Part shown: piece by piece, positions 1 to 10,200 of the stretch
Numbering within the stretch: position 1 is the first letter of the stretch
Layout of the letters: every line of letters starts with the position of its first letter
Origin: a virus
Taxonomy: Duplodnaviria; Caudoviricetes
Length of the DNA: 55,678 nt
Reading direction: 5' to 3' (one strand)
IMG/VR virus record: IMGVR_UViG_3300020451_000899
Span: 1-55,678 of that record
The notes under the pieces: model-generated
What the model was told of the DNA's origin: nothing
The model's database searches: none
What the model saw: only the letters and a program-made list of their open reading frames with translations
Position numbers and translations under genes: made by a program

Positions 1-1
1 T

Positions 2-1948
2 GCTTCTACACCAACCACTACTACTCCAGCAGTTGATGATTGGCAACATGAATCGAGCTTAAAGGGAAAAAGTTCAGATGAATTTTTTGGAATGTCTATA
101 AACTTCACTAATGATGATACTGGAGTTATTATAGGTAGACCTAGCGCCGAATTAGCGATTGATTTGCCAAGCGCTGACAAGGGCGGTTTTAGTTTTCATA
201 CAATTACAAGCAATGTTCCAAGCCCTACACCGTTATTTGAACATGTTAATGATTTAGAAACGACTGAGTTTGGCAAACATGTTTTTGCGTTTGATACAGT
301 AGACGATATTTTTATAGTCGCCTCTGCCACGGGTGAGAACAGCTGTGTAGTCAAAATGAAGTATGATAAGTCTACTGAAGGTCTTGCATTATTAGATGTT
401 ATGTCTCGTAGTGATTTGAATGAGAGTTCGCCAATTCAAAGCATCAAAGATCAGGCTGCGCATGATTTGTCTGTCTCAGATGACCTTAGCGTGATTGCAT
501 GTAGCAATCCTTTCGATGAAGTCTCTTCTAATCCTTCGAGGGGTTTGGTTTCAATTTTTGCTGTTCGTCATAATTTTCCTTTTAGAAAACGACCAAGTGA
601 TATTGTACAAATCTCAGGTGGTGAAGAAAACGCCCAGTTTGGAAAATCTATCGCTGTTAACGCATCTGCTACTTACTTGACAGAAGCTATCATTGCTGTA
701 GGCGCTCCAAAGGCAACGCAAGGTAGCGATCTCAAAGCTGGAAGTGTTAAGGTTTATAAGATAGATTATACTAACAATAATACTCAGGTTCAGCTTGGGG
801 GAGATTTAGCAGACGTAACAGGGTTTACGCCTGTGGCTGGTGCATTTTTTGGAAGCAAAGTTGCTATTAGTGGAGATGGCTTGGTAGTTGCTGCTTCTGA
901 ATTTGATCCTGCGACATCTTACGGAGCTGTACATATATTTAGTTGGACGGGCAGCGCTTGGGTATTCCAACAAACGCTGAGTAACAATATAGACTTTGAA
1001 TATTTTGGTCAAGAAATTAAACTGAATAACGAAGGCAGTGTTGTAGCAGTTGGAAGCGAAAACTCTTTTCCCAATGGCAAAGTACAAGTTTATTATGATG
1101 CAGTTGGAGCGCCAGCATTTACTTATGCTCAAATGGGCAGAACATTAAGACCCTCCATTGGCTCTGGAGCCTCCACAAGTTATGGTAAAAAACTTGCTAT
1201 TAGCAGAAACGCCGATTTGGTAGCGGTTGGGTATGATCATAGTTCTGTTGGTCTTGTAAATGTAGGAGCGTCAGATTTTTACAGTCTCGACAACGCTGCT
1301 CTTCCAACCCCCGCGCCCGTCTCTACAACACAGACTCCGCCAACAATCACAATAGGTACTCAGCCACAGGCTACTACAGTGACGGGTAGCACAGCTCAAT
1401 TTACCATAGCGGCTACTTCTAGCGATTCAGGTACTGTTAATTATCAATGGTACAAAAGGACGGGACAAAACAGCTCTCAACCAGTTGGTTCAGATTCTAG
1501 TACCTTGACATTAACAGGCTTGACGGCAAGCGATAACGCATCTGACATTTTCTGTAGAGTTACTAGATTGGGAGCGTTAGCGACTAGTGACGTAGTTGTT
1601 CTTACAGTGACAAGCTTGTCTATAGCTTCCCAACCTGTTAGCACATCCAGTAATCCTAATAACAATACAGAATTTTCTGTCTCTGTGAATGCTACTGGTG
1701 GCACTGTTGAATATAGATGGCAAGTCAGTAACGACGATTCTGCTACTGAGGCACAACCACCATCAGATTCTTCTTATAGCACCATTGATAATAATTCCAC
1801 AGGGCGTAGATATGATACTACCAGTGGAAATACTAATCCAAGGTCTTTTCACAGATGCAGAGTCCGGTTGAGGTTAGCAGACAACACCGTGGCATTAACT
1901 ATTTTTAGCGCCCCTGCCAGACATTTTCTTGCTCCACAAGCATCTTAA
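2..1948 (+). CDS. Virion adhesin/fibre-like protein with FG-GAP (integrin-alpha-like) propeller repeats and two C-terminal Ig-like domains; 5' end lies upstream of the window
   Basis: Frame is open from base 2 (ASTPTTTTPAVDDW...) into the 92..1948 ORF. Repeated FG..A.....VG motifs (FGKSIAVN...AVGAP, FFGSKVAIS, YFGQEIKLN). Two QP..T......F...A...V.Y.W...C.V Ig-like units follow a Thr/Pro linker. Confidence 0.65.
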   Translation, partial: ASTPTTTTPAVDDWQHESSLKGKSSDEFFGMSINFTNDDTGVIIGRPSAELAIDLPSADKGGFSFHTITSNVPSPTPLFEHVNDLETTEFGKHVFAFDTVDDIFIVASATGENSCVVKMKYDKSTEGLALLDVMSRSDLNESSPIQSIKDQAAHDLSVSDDLSVIACSNPFDEVSSNPSRGLVSIFAVRHNFPFRKRPSDIVQISGGEENAQFGKSIAVNASATYLTEAIIAVGAPKATQGSDLKAGSVKVYKIDYTNNNTQVQLGGDLADVTGFTPVAGAFFGSKVAISGDGLVVAASEFDPATSYGAVHIFSWTGSAWVFQQTLSNNIDFEYFGQEIKLNNEGSVVAVGSENSFPNGKVQVYYDAVGAPAFTYAQMGRTLRPSIGSGASTSYGKKLAISRNADLVAVGYDHSSVGLVNVGASDFYSLDNAALPTPAPVSTTQTPPTITIGTQPQATTVTGSTAQFTIAATSSDSGTVNYQWYKRTGQNSSQPVGSDSSTLTLTGLTASDNASDIFCRVTRLGALATSDVVVLTVTSLSIASQPVSTSSNPNNNTEFSVSVNATGGTVEYRWQVSNDDSATEAQPPSDSSYSTIDNNSTGRRYDTTSGNTNPRSFHRCRVRLRLADNTVALTIFSAPARHFLAPQAS

Positions 1949-1960
1949 TGGAGATATTCA

Positions 1961-2449
1961 ATGCCTATTAATGTTCCTGATTCTGTGTTCGATAAATACT
2001 TCGACGTAATAGACTCGACGTTTAATATATTTGGTGTTACATGTCAACTTGTTTCTTTAGAGAAGAAAGAGATTATCACTCCTCACAATCCTAATAATAA
2101 TATACCAGATAGAAATACTATTAATAATCATAGACGTAATGGTGGTGGTGATCATGATATAGGCAATAAAACTATTAGGGAAGTTGAGACTCTCACTGAT
2201 ATAAAGTTAAAAGTATACTGGGATCAAAAGCAGTGGATTGGTGTAACTGATACAATCAAAGTCCCCGATGGTTCTATTCAAACTATTGCTTATATGAGCG
2301 ATTTAGAGAAAATACTTAGAGCTAAATCTCTTATAGTTCATAAAGATATCAAAGATAAAAAAGAATTAAGATTTGAGAGATTTGGAGAACACATTCCATC
2401 TGGGTTAAAACAAAACAGATATTTCGCCTGCTTTTGGAAACGTGTATGA
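1961..2449 (+). CDS. Putative head-closure/head-tail joining protein
   Basis: 162 aa, GGAG RBS upstream; size and position before terminator/tube genes. Function inferred from synteny. Confidence 0.45.
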   Translation: MPINVPDSVFDKYFDVIDSTFNIFGVTCQLVSLEKKEIITPHNPNNNIPDRNTINNHRRNGGGDHDIGNKTIREVETLTDIKLKVYWDQKQWIGVTDTIKVPDGSIQTIAYMSDLEKILRAKSLIVHKDIKDKKELRFERFGEHIPSGLKQNRYFACFWKRV

Positions 2450-3081
2450 ATATAACTCTAAACTTAGTAGAATCAGAAGCTCAGATTATGCGCAAAGTAA
2501 ATGCTGCTATTGCGCCTAGTATTAATATATATTTAGATAAACGACTCCCCGCTATTATCGCTGGAGCAAGACAGCTTGTCATATCTTGGGTAACAAATTC
2601 TAACGCGATGGAATCTTTGGCTCAAGCTTCTCCCGATTCATTGGCTGGGGCTTTTGGTGTACGACCAAGTTCTGCAATAGATATAGTGAGTGTTATTGCA
2701 GAGTCTGTTGCTGCTTCAACTACTGTAGAAATGAAGAAATTTGATGCAAATCTCAAAGGCTCTTTATCATTAAGCGTACAGCCAGATGACTTCATAAATT
2801 TATTATCGTTACCTCAAGGTCATACAATATACGATGGTGGCGACTTGCATTGGTTGCAGTGGTTGATTACGATTGGCAATGCGCCAATAGTCAGAAATTA
2901 TCACTACGAGGCTGGCTCTGGTCGAGGTAGAACTGGTCTAGGCGTCATGGCTTCTGGTGGGTCTTTCCGTGTGCCTCCTGAATATTCCGGCACAATTGAT
3001 GACAATTTTATTACTAGAGCTTTGTCTGGAGTAAGTAAAGAAAATCAAATAGCCAGCATGATAGAGAGGATATTAAAATAA
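2446..3081 (+). CDS. Putative neck/tail-completion protein
   Basis: ATG at 2446 overlaps upstream stop (ATGA); C-terminal GT..DNFITRAL motif resembles neck/tail-completion proteins; synteny. Confidence 0.45.
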   Translation: MNITLNLVESEAQIMRKVNAAIAPSINIYLDKRLPAIIAGARQLVISWVTNSNAMESLAQASPDSLAGAFGVRPSSAIDIVSVIAESVAASTTVEMKKFDANLKGSLSLSVQPDDFINLLSLPQGHTIYDGGDLHWLQWLITIGNAPIVRNYHYEAGSGRGRTGLGVMASGGSFRVPPEYSGTIDDNFITRALSGVSKENQIASMIERILK

Positions 3082-4037
3082 TGTCATATTCTCTATCTGG
3101 TTTTGGTAATGTTTTTGACAATAGTTTTCAAAATGAAATACAAGATAATATGGTGGAGTGGCTAGATTGGGGGCTGCTCAACAAGGGTAATTATTTCAAT
3201 GTTACGCTTGGAGAATTATCTCAAGATAGTAGAGATATGAGCCTTTTGCAATTGTCTGCAAACAACAACTTTGCAGCTGGTCAAGCTTGGGACGGCTTTC
3301 GATCAAATTGGATTTGGCAGAGCGGCATCACGGTCGAGAGTGGTGCTGAAGCCCCCATTGTTAGCGACAATAATGTAATTCCGGGTATATCTGGTGTTTA
3401 TGTAGATGATACATTTTATGCCTCAGATACCACTGGAACATACGCTCACCATGTTGATTATTTTAATGGAAGGGTAGTATTTGACACACCTATTCCCACG
3501 GGTTCCAAAGTACAAGCCGAATTTAGCTATAAATATATTAATATAATATATGCTAACAATCTCCCTTGGATACAGGAGGTTAGCGCGAGAAGTCTATTTC
3601 CCACGGGGGATGATCCTATTTTACCCCCAGAAATGGAAGTTCAGCTACCATCAGTAGCTGTGGAAGTCACATCGAATCGTAAATTTAAGCCCTTTGCACT
3701 CGGGTCTCAGGGCAATCAGTATGTATATACAGACGTTTTGTTTCATTGTATAGCAGATAATGTCTATACTAGGAACGCTATGGTGGACATGGTATCGCTT
3801 CAGAACGACAAAAATTTCGCTATATTTGACACAAATAGTGTAATTAATAGTGGAGAATTGCCCATAAATTATAACGGCTCTCCGGCTAGTGGCGCTCTGA
3901 GGTATCCAGATTTGATTTCTAAGCATCGCTATACAGATATTAGAATTCGTGATACTAAGTCACAGCAGGCAATAAGCATAAACTCTAATGTACATATTGG
4001 AGTCGTTACATCAACAATCGAAATAATAGGTTTTTAA
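3081..4037 (+). CDS. Putative tail terminator protein with inserted beta-rich domain
   Basis: 318 aa directly before the tube gene; LPSVAVEV...LG......DVLFHCIA....RN.MVD pattern; internal VDY.NGRVVF..P..GS.V.AEF.Y insert. Confidence 0.45.
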   Translation: MSYSLSGFGNVFDNSFQNEIQDNMVEWLDWGLLNKGNYFNVTLGELSQDSRDMSLLQLSANNNFAAGQAWDGFRSNWIWQSGITVESGAEAPIVSDNNVIPGISGVYVDDTFYASDTTGTYAHHVDYFNGRVVFDTPIPTGSKVQAEFSYKYINIIYANNLPWIQEVSARSLFPTGDDPILPPEMEVQLPSVAVEVTSNRKFKPFALGSQGNQYVYTDVLFHCIADNVYTRNAMVDMVSLQNDKNFAIFDTNSVINSGELPINYNGSPASGALRYPDLISKHRYTDIRIRDTKSQQAISINSNVHIGVVTSTIEIIGF

Positions 4038-4059
4038 ATAAACACGGGAGAATAACACT

Positions 4060-5043
4060 ATGAGTAACAGTCGTATTTTTTATGGCCTCCAGAACGTATC
4101 AATCAGTACTGATGACACTGCTGGTAATTTGCAGACTATCAGAGGCGTTCAGTCTGTAGGTACAAGTTCTACAACGAATATAGAAACGTTTAGTTCCTTT
4201 GGTAGCATTGCGGCTACTAGTATTCTGCAAGACATGGATCTAGAAATCACAATGGAAGTTGGTATAGGTTCGTGGACTACCGCTTTGTCAAGAATCGGAT
4301 ACGCTGGTTTCAGTTCAGGCTTCTTTGACACAACTAAAAAGGTCAGAATTACTTATGATGTCGGCGGCACTACTAAGTACGTAGAGCTTAATGCAATTCT
4401 AACGTCGTATTCTGCACAACTGGGTACTGACGGACCTGCTACAGAATCTTTAACATTTCAAAATGCTGGTAATGCCGGTTTTGGCACCGAAACAGCTGGA
4501 ACTACTCCTCTGCCAGAAGCACCGTCATCACTCGACTTGTGCGGTGTATTTACTAGACCAGACATGCATAATTTTCATAGAAAGTATCGAGCAGATTGTT
4601 GCTCAACTGCTGGCCCTGTTCTTAATACGGTCTCTAATGCTACCTCTTGGTCTATTAGTATGGATGCAAGTAACGAAAAGGTTAGTGTTCTTGGTCAATC
4701 CATGCCTTTTGGAAAATTTGCTAGCTTCCCCGTTGAGACAAGCATGGAAGTAGAAATGCATCTGGACCCAAGCTCAAGCATGGGGAGTTTTAATTCTGGA
4801 TCTGTAACTAGCGGTACTCTTGCTGATGTATGCTACGATCCGACTGTAATTCTTGGCCCTGATGGATCAAGTGCTACTAGTAAATCATGGAACCTACATA
4901 GAGCTAGACAGTCTGGTCAAAGCCGTAGTGGTGGTGACGTTGGTGGTGGAAACGTAACCGTCTCAGAGTCTTATACAGGGTACAATGACCTTGGTCATGA
5001 TTCAGATCTTAGTACGGGAACGACAGAAGCGCCATCAGCATAA
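4060..5043 (+). CDS. Major tail (tube) protein, apparently two tandem tube domains
   Basis: 327 aa Ser/Thr/Gly-rich, GGGAG RBS, tube-like motifs (GVQSVG...ET...G and ATSWSIS....EKV..LG); upstream of chaperone-like genes and the tape measure. Confidence 0.65.
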   Translation: MSNSRIFYGLQNVSISTDDTAGNLQTIRGVQSVGTSSTTNIETFSSFGSIAATSILQDMDLEITMEVGIGSWTTALSRIGYAGFSSGFFDTTKKVRITYDVGGTTKYVELNAILTSYSAQLGTDGPATESLTFQNAGNAGFGTETAGTTPLPEAPSSLDLCGVFTRPDMHNFHRKYRADCCSTAGPVLNTVSNATSWSISMDASNEKVSVLGQSMPFGKFASFPVETSMEVEMHLDPSSSMGSFNSGSVTSGTLADVCYDPTVILGPDGSSATSKSWNLHRARQSGQSRSGGDVGGGNVTVSESYTGYNDLGHDSDLSTGTTEAPSA

Positions 5044-5073
5044 TAGGGGTAAAATAAAAAAAATAAGATTGTT

Positions 5074-6006
5074 ATGAGGACAGAAGAACAGGAACTCATC
5101 ATACAGACTATACGTTCCGGTACTGTTATTCATAGAGATATGGTGATAGTACCGGCTACTATAGACAGGAACAGGAAAGCACTAAGGGTCTATAACAAAA
5201 GTTATAACGACGCCTTGGGGAAAGATATTATGACAGACCAAATGCTTGAACAGTGGATGATTGAAAATGGTCTTTTGCCAATGAATTTTTTGGTTAGGAG
5301 AGATCAATTAACCACACAGCTTGAAAATCTTAAAGCAGAGCTTTTTGAAAAAAACGGATCTAAGGTTGCCACAAAACAGATCAAAAAAACAATCAAAGGC
5401 GCACGACAATCATTGTCCGATCTTTTAAGACCTAAAACAGAGTATGCTCAAAATACCTGTGAATTCATTGCTAATATGGCTAAGATTGTATACATGTTAA
5501 AACATACTGTGTATAAGCGTGGTAAAAAGTATCGTTTTACTAATTATGATCAGATTGTTAATTGGTGGCAAACATCTTTATTGTCTGAGTCTGAAATTAG
5601 ATCTATAGCTAGAAGTCCAATTTGGAAAAGTCTTTGGGCCTCTAAGGGTTATGGTTTTAAACTCTTTGTGACCAGAAAAAATGCAGACATGACTATTAAC
5701 CAAAAAAACTTAATTACATGGTCTAGAGTTTATGATAGTATACATGAATCTATGGACGCTCCTACAGATCGTGTTATCAACGATGACGATATGTTAGATG
5801 GCTGGTTTATAGTGCAGTCTAGAAAAAGAGAAAAAGAACAAACTGAAAGTGAAGCTGAGAAGCTAATGGGTAAAAGCTCATCTATGCAAGACGCTACGCA
5901 TGTCATGATAAACAGATCATATGATAATGTAGATATAGATCAATTAAATAGTGGTATGACTGCCCCTGATTTGGAACAATCTTTAAAACAAACGACAGGA
6001 AAATAA
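5074..6006 (+). CDS. Hypothetical protein, possible tail assembly chaperone
   Basis: 310 aa helical ORF between tube and tape measure genes; synteny only. Confidence 0.4.
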   Translation: MRTEEQELIIQTIRSGTVIHRDMVIVPATIDRNRKALRVYNKSYNDALGKDIMTDQMLEQWMIENGLLPMNFLVRRDQLTTQLENLKAELFEKNGSKVATKQIKKTIKGARQSLSDLLRPKTEYAQNTCEFIANMAKIVYMLKHTVYKRGKKYRFTNYDQIVNWWQTSLLSESEIRSIARSPIWKSLWASKGYGFKLFVTRKNADMTINQKNLITWSRVYDSIHESMDAPTDRVINDDDMLDGWFIVQSRKREKEQTESEAEKLMGKSSSMQDATHVMINRSYDNVDIDQLNSGMTAPDLEQSLKQTTGK

Positions 6007-6008
6007 TT

Positions 6009-6362
6009 ATGGATAATTTCAAAAACCGAAGAGAGAGAATACACGCTCAAAAATCTAAGGCGAAGCTTTCGCAAAATTTAAAAAAGAAAATACAAACAAC
6101 GATGATAGGAGCGTTAAGCAGCATCGAAAAACACTTTGGTTTTTTATGGGAACATCAAGACATTCCTGAATCAAAAAAAGAGGAAATGAGAAATGTTTTT
6201 AATGATTTAAGATCAGATATTTTAGATAAGGGAAATCATCAACTCAGAAATGTTGATGCTGAACTTTCTAATTATGAAGTTTTAGTAGATAAGGGATATC
6301 ACGATATATCATTTGTACCACCATCAATTTTACTGGAGAAATATCATGGCGAAGGACAATAA
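6009..6362 (+). CDS. Hypothetical protein
   Basis: 117 aa ORF packed between its neighbours. Confidence 0.5.
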   Translation: MDNFKNRRERIHAQKSKAKLSQNLKKKIQTTMIGALSSIEKHFGFLWEHQDIPESKKEEMRNVFNDLRSDILDKGNHQLRNVDAELSNYEVLVDKGYHDISFVPPSILLEKYHGEGQ

Positions 6363-7236
6363 AATTAGGAACGTCACTGTTAAGCAGGATGACGGCACTG
6401 AAATCAAAATTACTGTTAAAAGACCTGCGGGTCGTGCTATGGCTGACGCACAACGTGTATCTGCTAAAGTTTGGACAGATTGTGTGCGTGACAAGATCAT
6501 GACAAAAAAAGAGTTGAATAATTTCCTATATTCTAATGGTATCTGGGATAAGAAAAAAGATCTAGAACAGGTGATCATTTCAGAACAGATACAGGAAATG
6601 GAAAAACAGCTTTATACTGGTGGCGACAAAAGCAAAGAAATGAAAGCCTCAGATGCTAAAGATTTAGCCATACAAATGCGTATTAAAAGGATTGAGCTTA
6701 GGGATTTAATTGCTGAAAAGATGGAATTAGAACAAAATACCGCTGAAGCTATCGCAGATAACGCTAAATTTGACTTTTTGGTAGCTAGGTCAACTTTCTT
6801 TGAAAATGGCGAAACCGTGTATAAAGATGTAGAAGATTATGAAGCAAACGCAGATTCACCAATCGGTTCAGCAGCTGCTAGCGCATTGGCTGAAATGCTT
6901 TATGCTTTAGACAAGAATTTTGAGGCTAATTTGCCTGAAAATAAGTTCTTGACTAGCCAGCACATGGTCAACGAAGAGTTGTCTTTAGTTGACGATGAAG
7001 GTAATACTGTAGATACAAAGGGCAGGAGAATTAATGAATTTGGTCATTATTTAAATGACAAAGGACAGCGGACAGACTTAGATGGAAATCTACTTGATGA
7101 AGAGGGTAATTATATTCCCTCTGTTACTTATATAGATGATATTCACGAAAACACTGCTATAGACGAAGAAGAAGCCACCAAGCCAAAACCTAAAAGAGCT
7201 AAGAAAAAGGTAGCTACTTCTAAATCTAGCAGATAA
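6346..7236 (+). CDS. Putative tail assembly chaperone
   Basis: ATG at 6346 with GGAG upstream; coiled-coil core, short D..G...D..G repeats near the C-terminus; immediately precedes the tape measure. Confidence 0.45.
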   Translation: MAKDNKIRNVTVKQDDGTEIKITVKRPAGRAMADAQRVSAKVWTDCVRDKIMTKKELNNFLYSNGIWDKKKDLEQVIISEQIQEMEKQLYTGGDKSKEMKASDAKDLAIQMRIKRIELRDLIAEKMELEQNTAEAIADNAKFDFLVARSTFFENGETVYKDVEDYEANADSPIGSAAASALAEMLYALDKNFEANLPENKFLTSQHMVNEELSLVDDEGNTVDTKGRRINEFGHYLNDKGQRTDLDGNLLDEEGNYIPSVTYIDDIHENTAIDEEEATKPKPKRAKKKVATSKSSR

Positions 7237-7253
7237 AGTCTAAGGATGTTTAT

Positions 7254-10200
7254 GTGTCCAAATTCGTATTAACTGCTCAATTACAATTACAGGCTCCTAA
7301 TAATACTAGGCAAGTCGTACAGCAAATACAAAACCAGCTAAAAGGCGTTAATGTTAACGTCGCCGTACAAGGTACGGCTCAAGCCAATAAGCAAGTACAG
7401 AAGCTTTCTGGCAACCTAAATGCAGCTTCTAAAAATGCTGGCAAATTAGGAAAGAATTTTGCAGCTTCAGTAAGAAGATTTTCTGCTATGGCTATTGCCA
7501 ATAGAGCAGTCAGTCTCTTCACTAATACGCTGTCTGCTGCTATTTCTGAATCTATAAAGTTTGAACGAGAATTAGTTAAGATTGTTCAGGTCACGGGAAA
7601 AAGTACTGAGCAGCTTCAATTCTTGACAGACACTGTTAGAAATCTTGCTACAAGCTTGGGCGTGGGGTCTACCTCTTTATTAGGCGTTAGTAGAACTTTG
7701 TCTCAAGCGGGTATGTCTGCTAAAGAGACACAGATCGCATTGAAGACCCTTGCCAGAACTGAATTAGCACCTACATTTGAAAATATCACACAGACCGCTG
7801 AAGGTGCTGTGGCTATCTTTAATCAGTTTAGAGCTGGTGCTGCTGCTCTAGAAGAACAATTGGGCGCTGTTAACGCCGTAGCTGGTAAATTTGCTGTTGA
7901 AGCAGGTGACATTATCGCCGCTGTTCGTAGAACTGGTGGTGTCTTCAAAGCCGCTGGTGGTGACTTAAATGAACTTATAGCATTGTTCACTAGTGTTAGA
8001 TCTACTACACGAGAAAGTGCAGAAAGTATTTCTACTGGTTTACGTACTATCTTTACTCGTATTCAACGTCCTAAGACAATTGAATTTATGAAACAGTTTG
8101 GCGTAGAGCTGACTGACTTAGAGGGTAAATTCGTTGGTCCTTTTGAAGCTGTTAAAAGACTTAGTGGAGCATTAGCTGGTCTTGAACAGGGGGATGTAAC
8201 TTTTATTAAGATCGCTGAAGAGCTTGGTGGTTTTAGACAGATTGGTAAAGTTATTCCTTTGATCCAAGAATTTGCTGTAGCCCAACAAGCATTAAAAGTA
8301 GCACAAAAAGGACAAGATTCTTTAGCAAAAGACGCAGCATCTGCTCAAGCTGCTCTTGCTATTAGGATTGCTAAAGTAAAAGAAGAATTTCTAGAACTTA
8401 TAGATAATGTAACTAAAACACCTACATTCCAATTGATGGCTAGTGCTGCTCTTGGTCTCGCCTCTGCGTTAATTAAAGTTGCAGATTCTTTAAAAGTTAT
8501 ATTACCAATTATTACTGCCATAGCAGCTGTTAAATTTACAAAAGGTATTTCTGGATTTTTAGGTGGCGTTGCTGGCGCTTTCTCTGGAAAGGCTAGAGGT
8601 TTTAATAAAGGCGGTTTTGTTCCGGGGTCTGGCAATTCTGATACTGTACCAGCTATGCTTACTCCCGGCGAATTTGTTATTAGGAAGAAAAGCGCCCAAG
8701 CTATGGGCGGCGAGGCTCTAGGCGCTATCAATAAATACGCTAAGGGGGGAAAGATTTTAACCCGTAGACAACCAGTTGGTATGTTGGTCAATAGTATTGG
8801 TGAAGGAGATCCAAAAGACACGGAAGGTTCTGTTACTCTAAAAAGTATTAAGAGTGGTACTCCAGCCATTAACAAACTAAAAACAAAAGCAGCAAGTATT
8901 GGCAAGCCATATAAGTTTAAAGTAAAAGTAGCAAAATCACAGTTCAATAAGCAAGATAAATTCAAAACAGATGCAATAGACCCTGTTACTGCTAGCATTG
9001 AAGACGCTGCTGGAATGCTAGGTATTGCACCCAAGGGTGGCTTAGACAAAATAAATACTGCTTTAGGCCAAATGTTTGAAGATTTTGTAAATAAACAGGC
9101 TGGTCTAGATTCTCCGGGCAGTGCCAATTTTGACTTAGTTGACAAAGAAGCGGCTCTTAATGGTCTCACTAAAGAAAAAATTAAGAAATTTACTGATATT
9201 AAATTGCGAGATACAGATGAAAATGCTAATACGCTCGCAAAGAAAGCAGTAAATGAAGGATTATTTAATGCTCATGCTAAACGCGAATTTAATAAGATAA
9301 AAAATCAGAGATCGAAGAGAGTCAAAAAAGCTGCTGGTGGTTCTATTACTGGTGCAGGTTCAGACACAGTGCCAGCGTTACTGACTCCCGGTGAATTTGT
9401 AGTAAATAAAGAATCTGCTAAAAGTATTGGTTATTCTAATCTTAGCCACATGAACAAATACGCTGACGGCGGTATTGTTAGTCAGTTTAAAAGATCTGGC
9501 GTACAAGGGCTGTCTAATGGTGGCTTGCCTATGGTTCCGCTAGGCGCTTTGCAGGGTCAGGCTTATACACATCAGCAGGGTCAAAGCAGGATGGCTATGT
9601 CATCTCAAACTGCTCCTTCTCCTGTCGGCAAGGCTTCTAAGAAAACAGCAGAAGGTTTAAATGCATTAACTGGTGGTCTCGTTGGCGCACAGATGGCTCT
9701 TAGCATGTTGACACCAGCTATAGATGAAAATAGTAGTGGCACTATGAAAGCTACAGCTTTTGTAATGAATTCTATGAATAGTTTAGTTGGTACAATTACA
9801 TTAGTGCAAATGGCATTAGCCATTTTCGGAAAAGAATTGACGATGGACAGTGTTAAAAAATTCTTTAAAAACTTTGACATGGGCGATGTTAAAGACATGC
9901 TTAGTGGCAAGGGTGGTAAGATTAAAAGCGCCATTACTAAAGGAGCTACATCAAAAATTCAAGGTGCTGGCAAAGGTCTGCGTAATATTGGCAGGAACAT
10001 GTCTCAGGGTGCAAAGGCAATGGGAGGGGCAAGGGGCAAAGCTGCGAATCTAGCTGGCAAAGGTATACGGAATGTTGGTAGACTGTTCACAAAACTTGGC
10101 CCATCACTTGGTAAACTGATAGGTACAGTATCTGGACTTGTTGGCCCTATGACTCTTGCAGCTGGCACTGTTAGTATGTTTAATGGTTTCTTGGATTCTT

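Noticed and set aside
6009-7236. Programmed -1 frameshift in tail chaperone genes
   Set aside because: A-runs exist (about 6173 and 6504) but are mid-gene; the ORFs have their own start codons and no clear fusion frame is evident.
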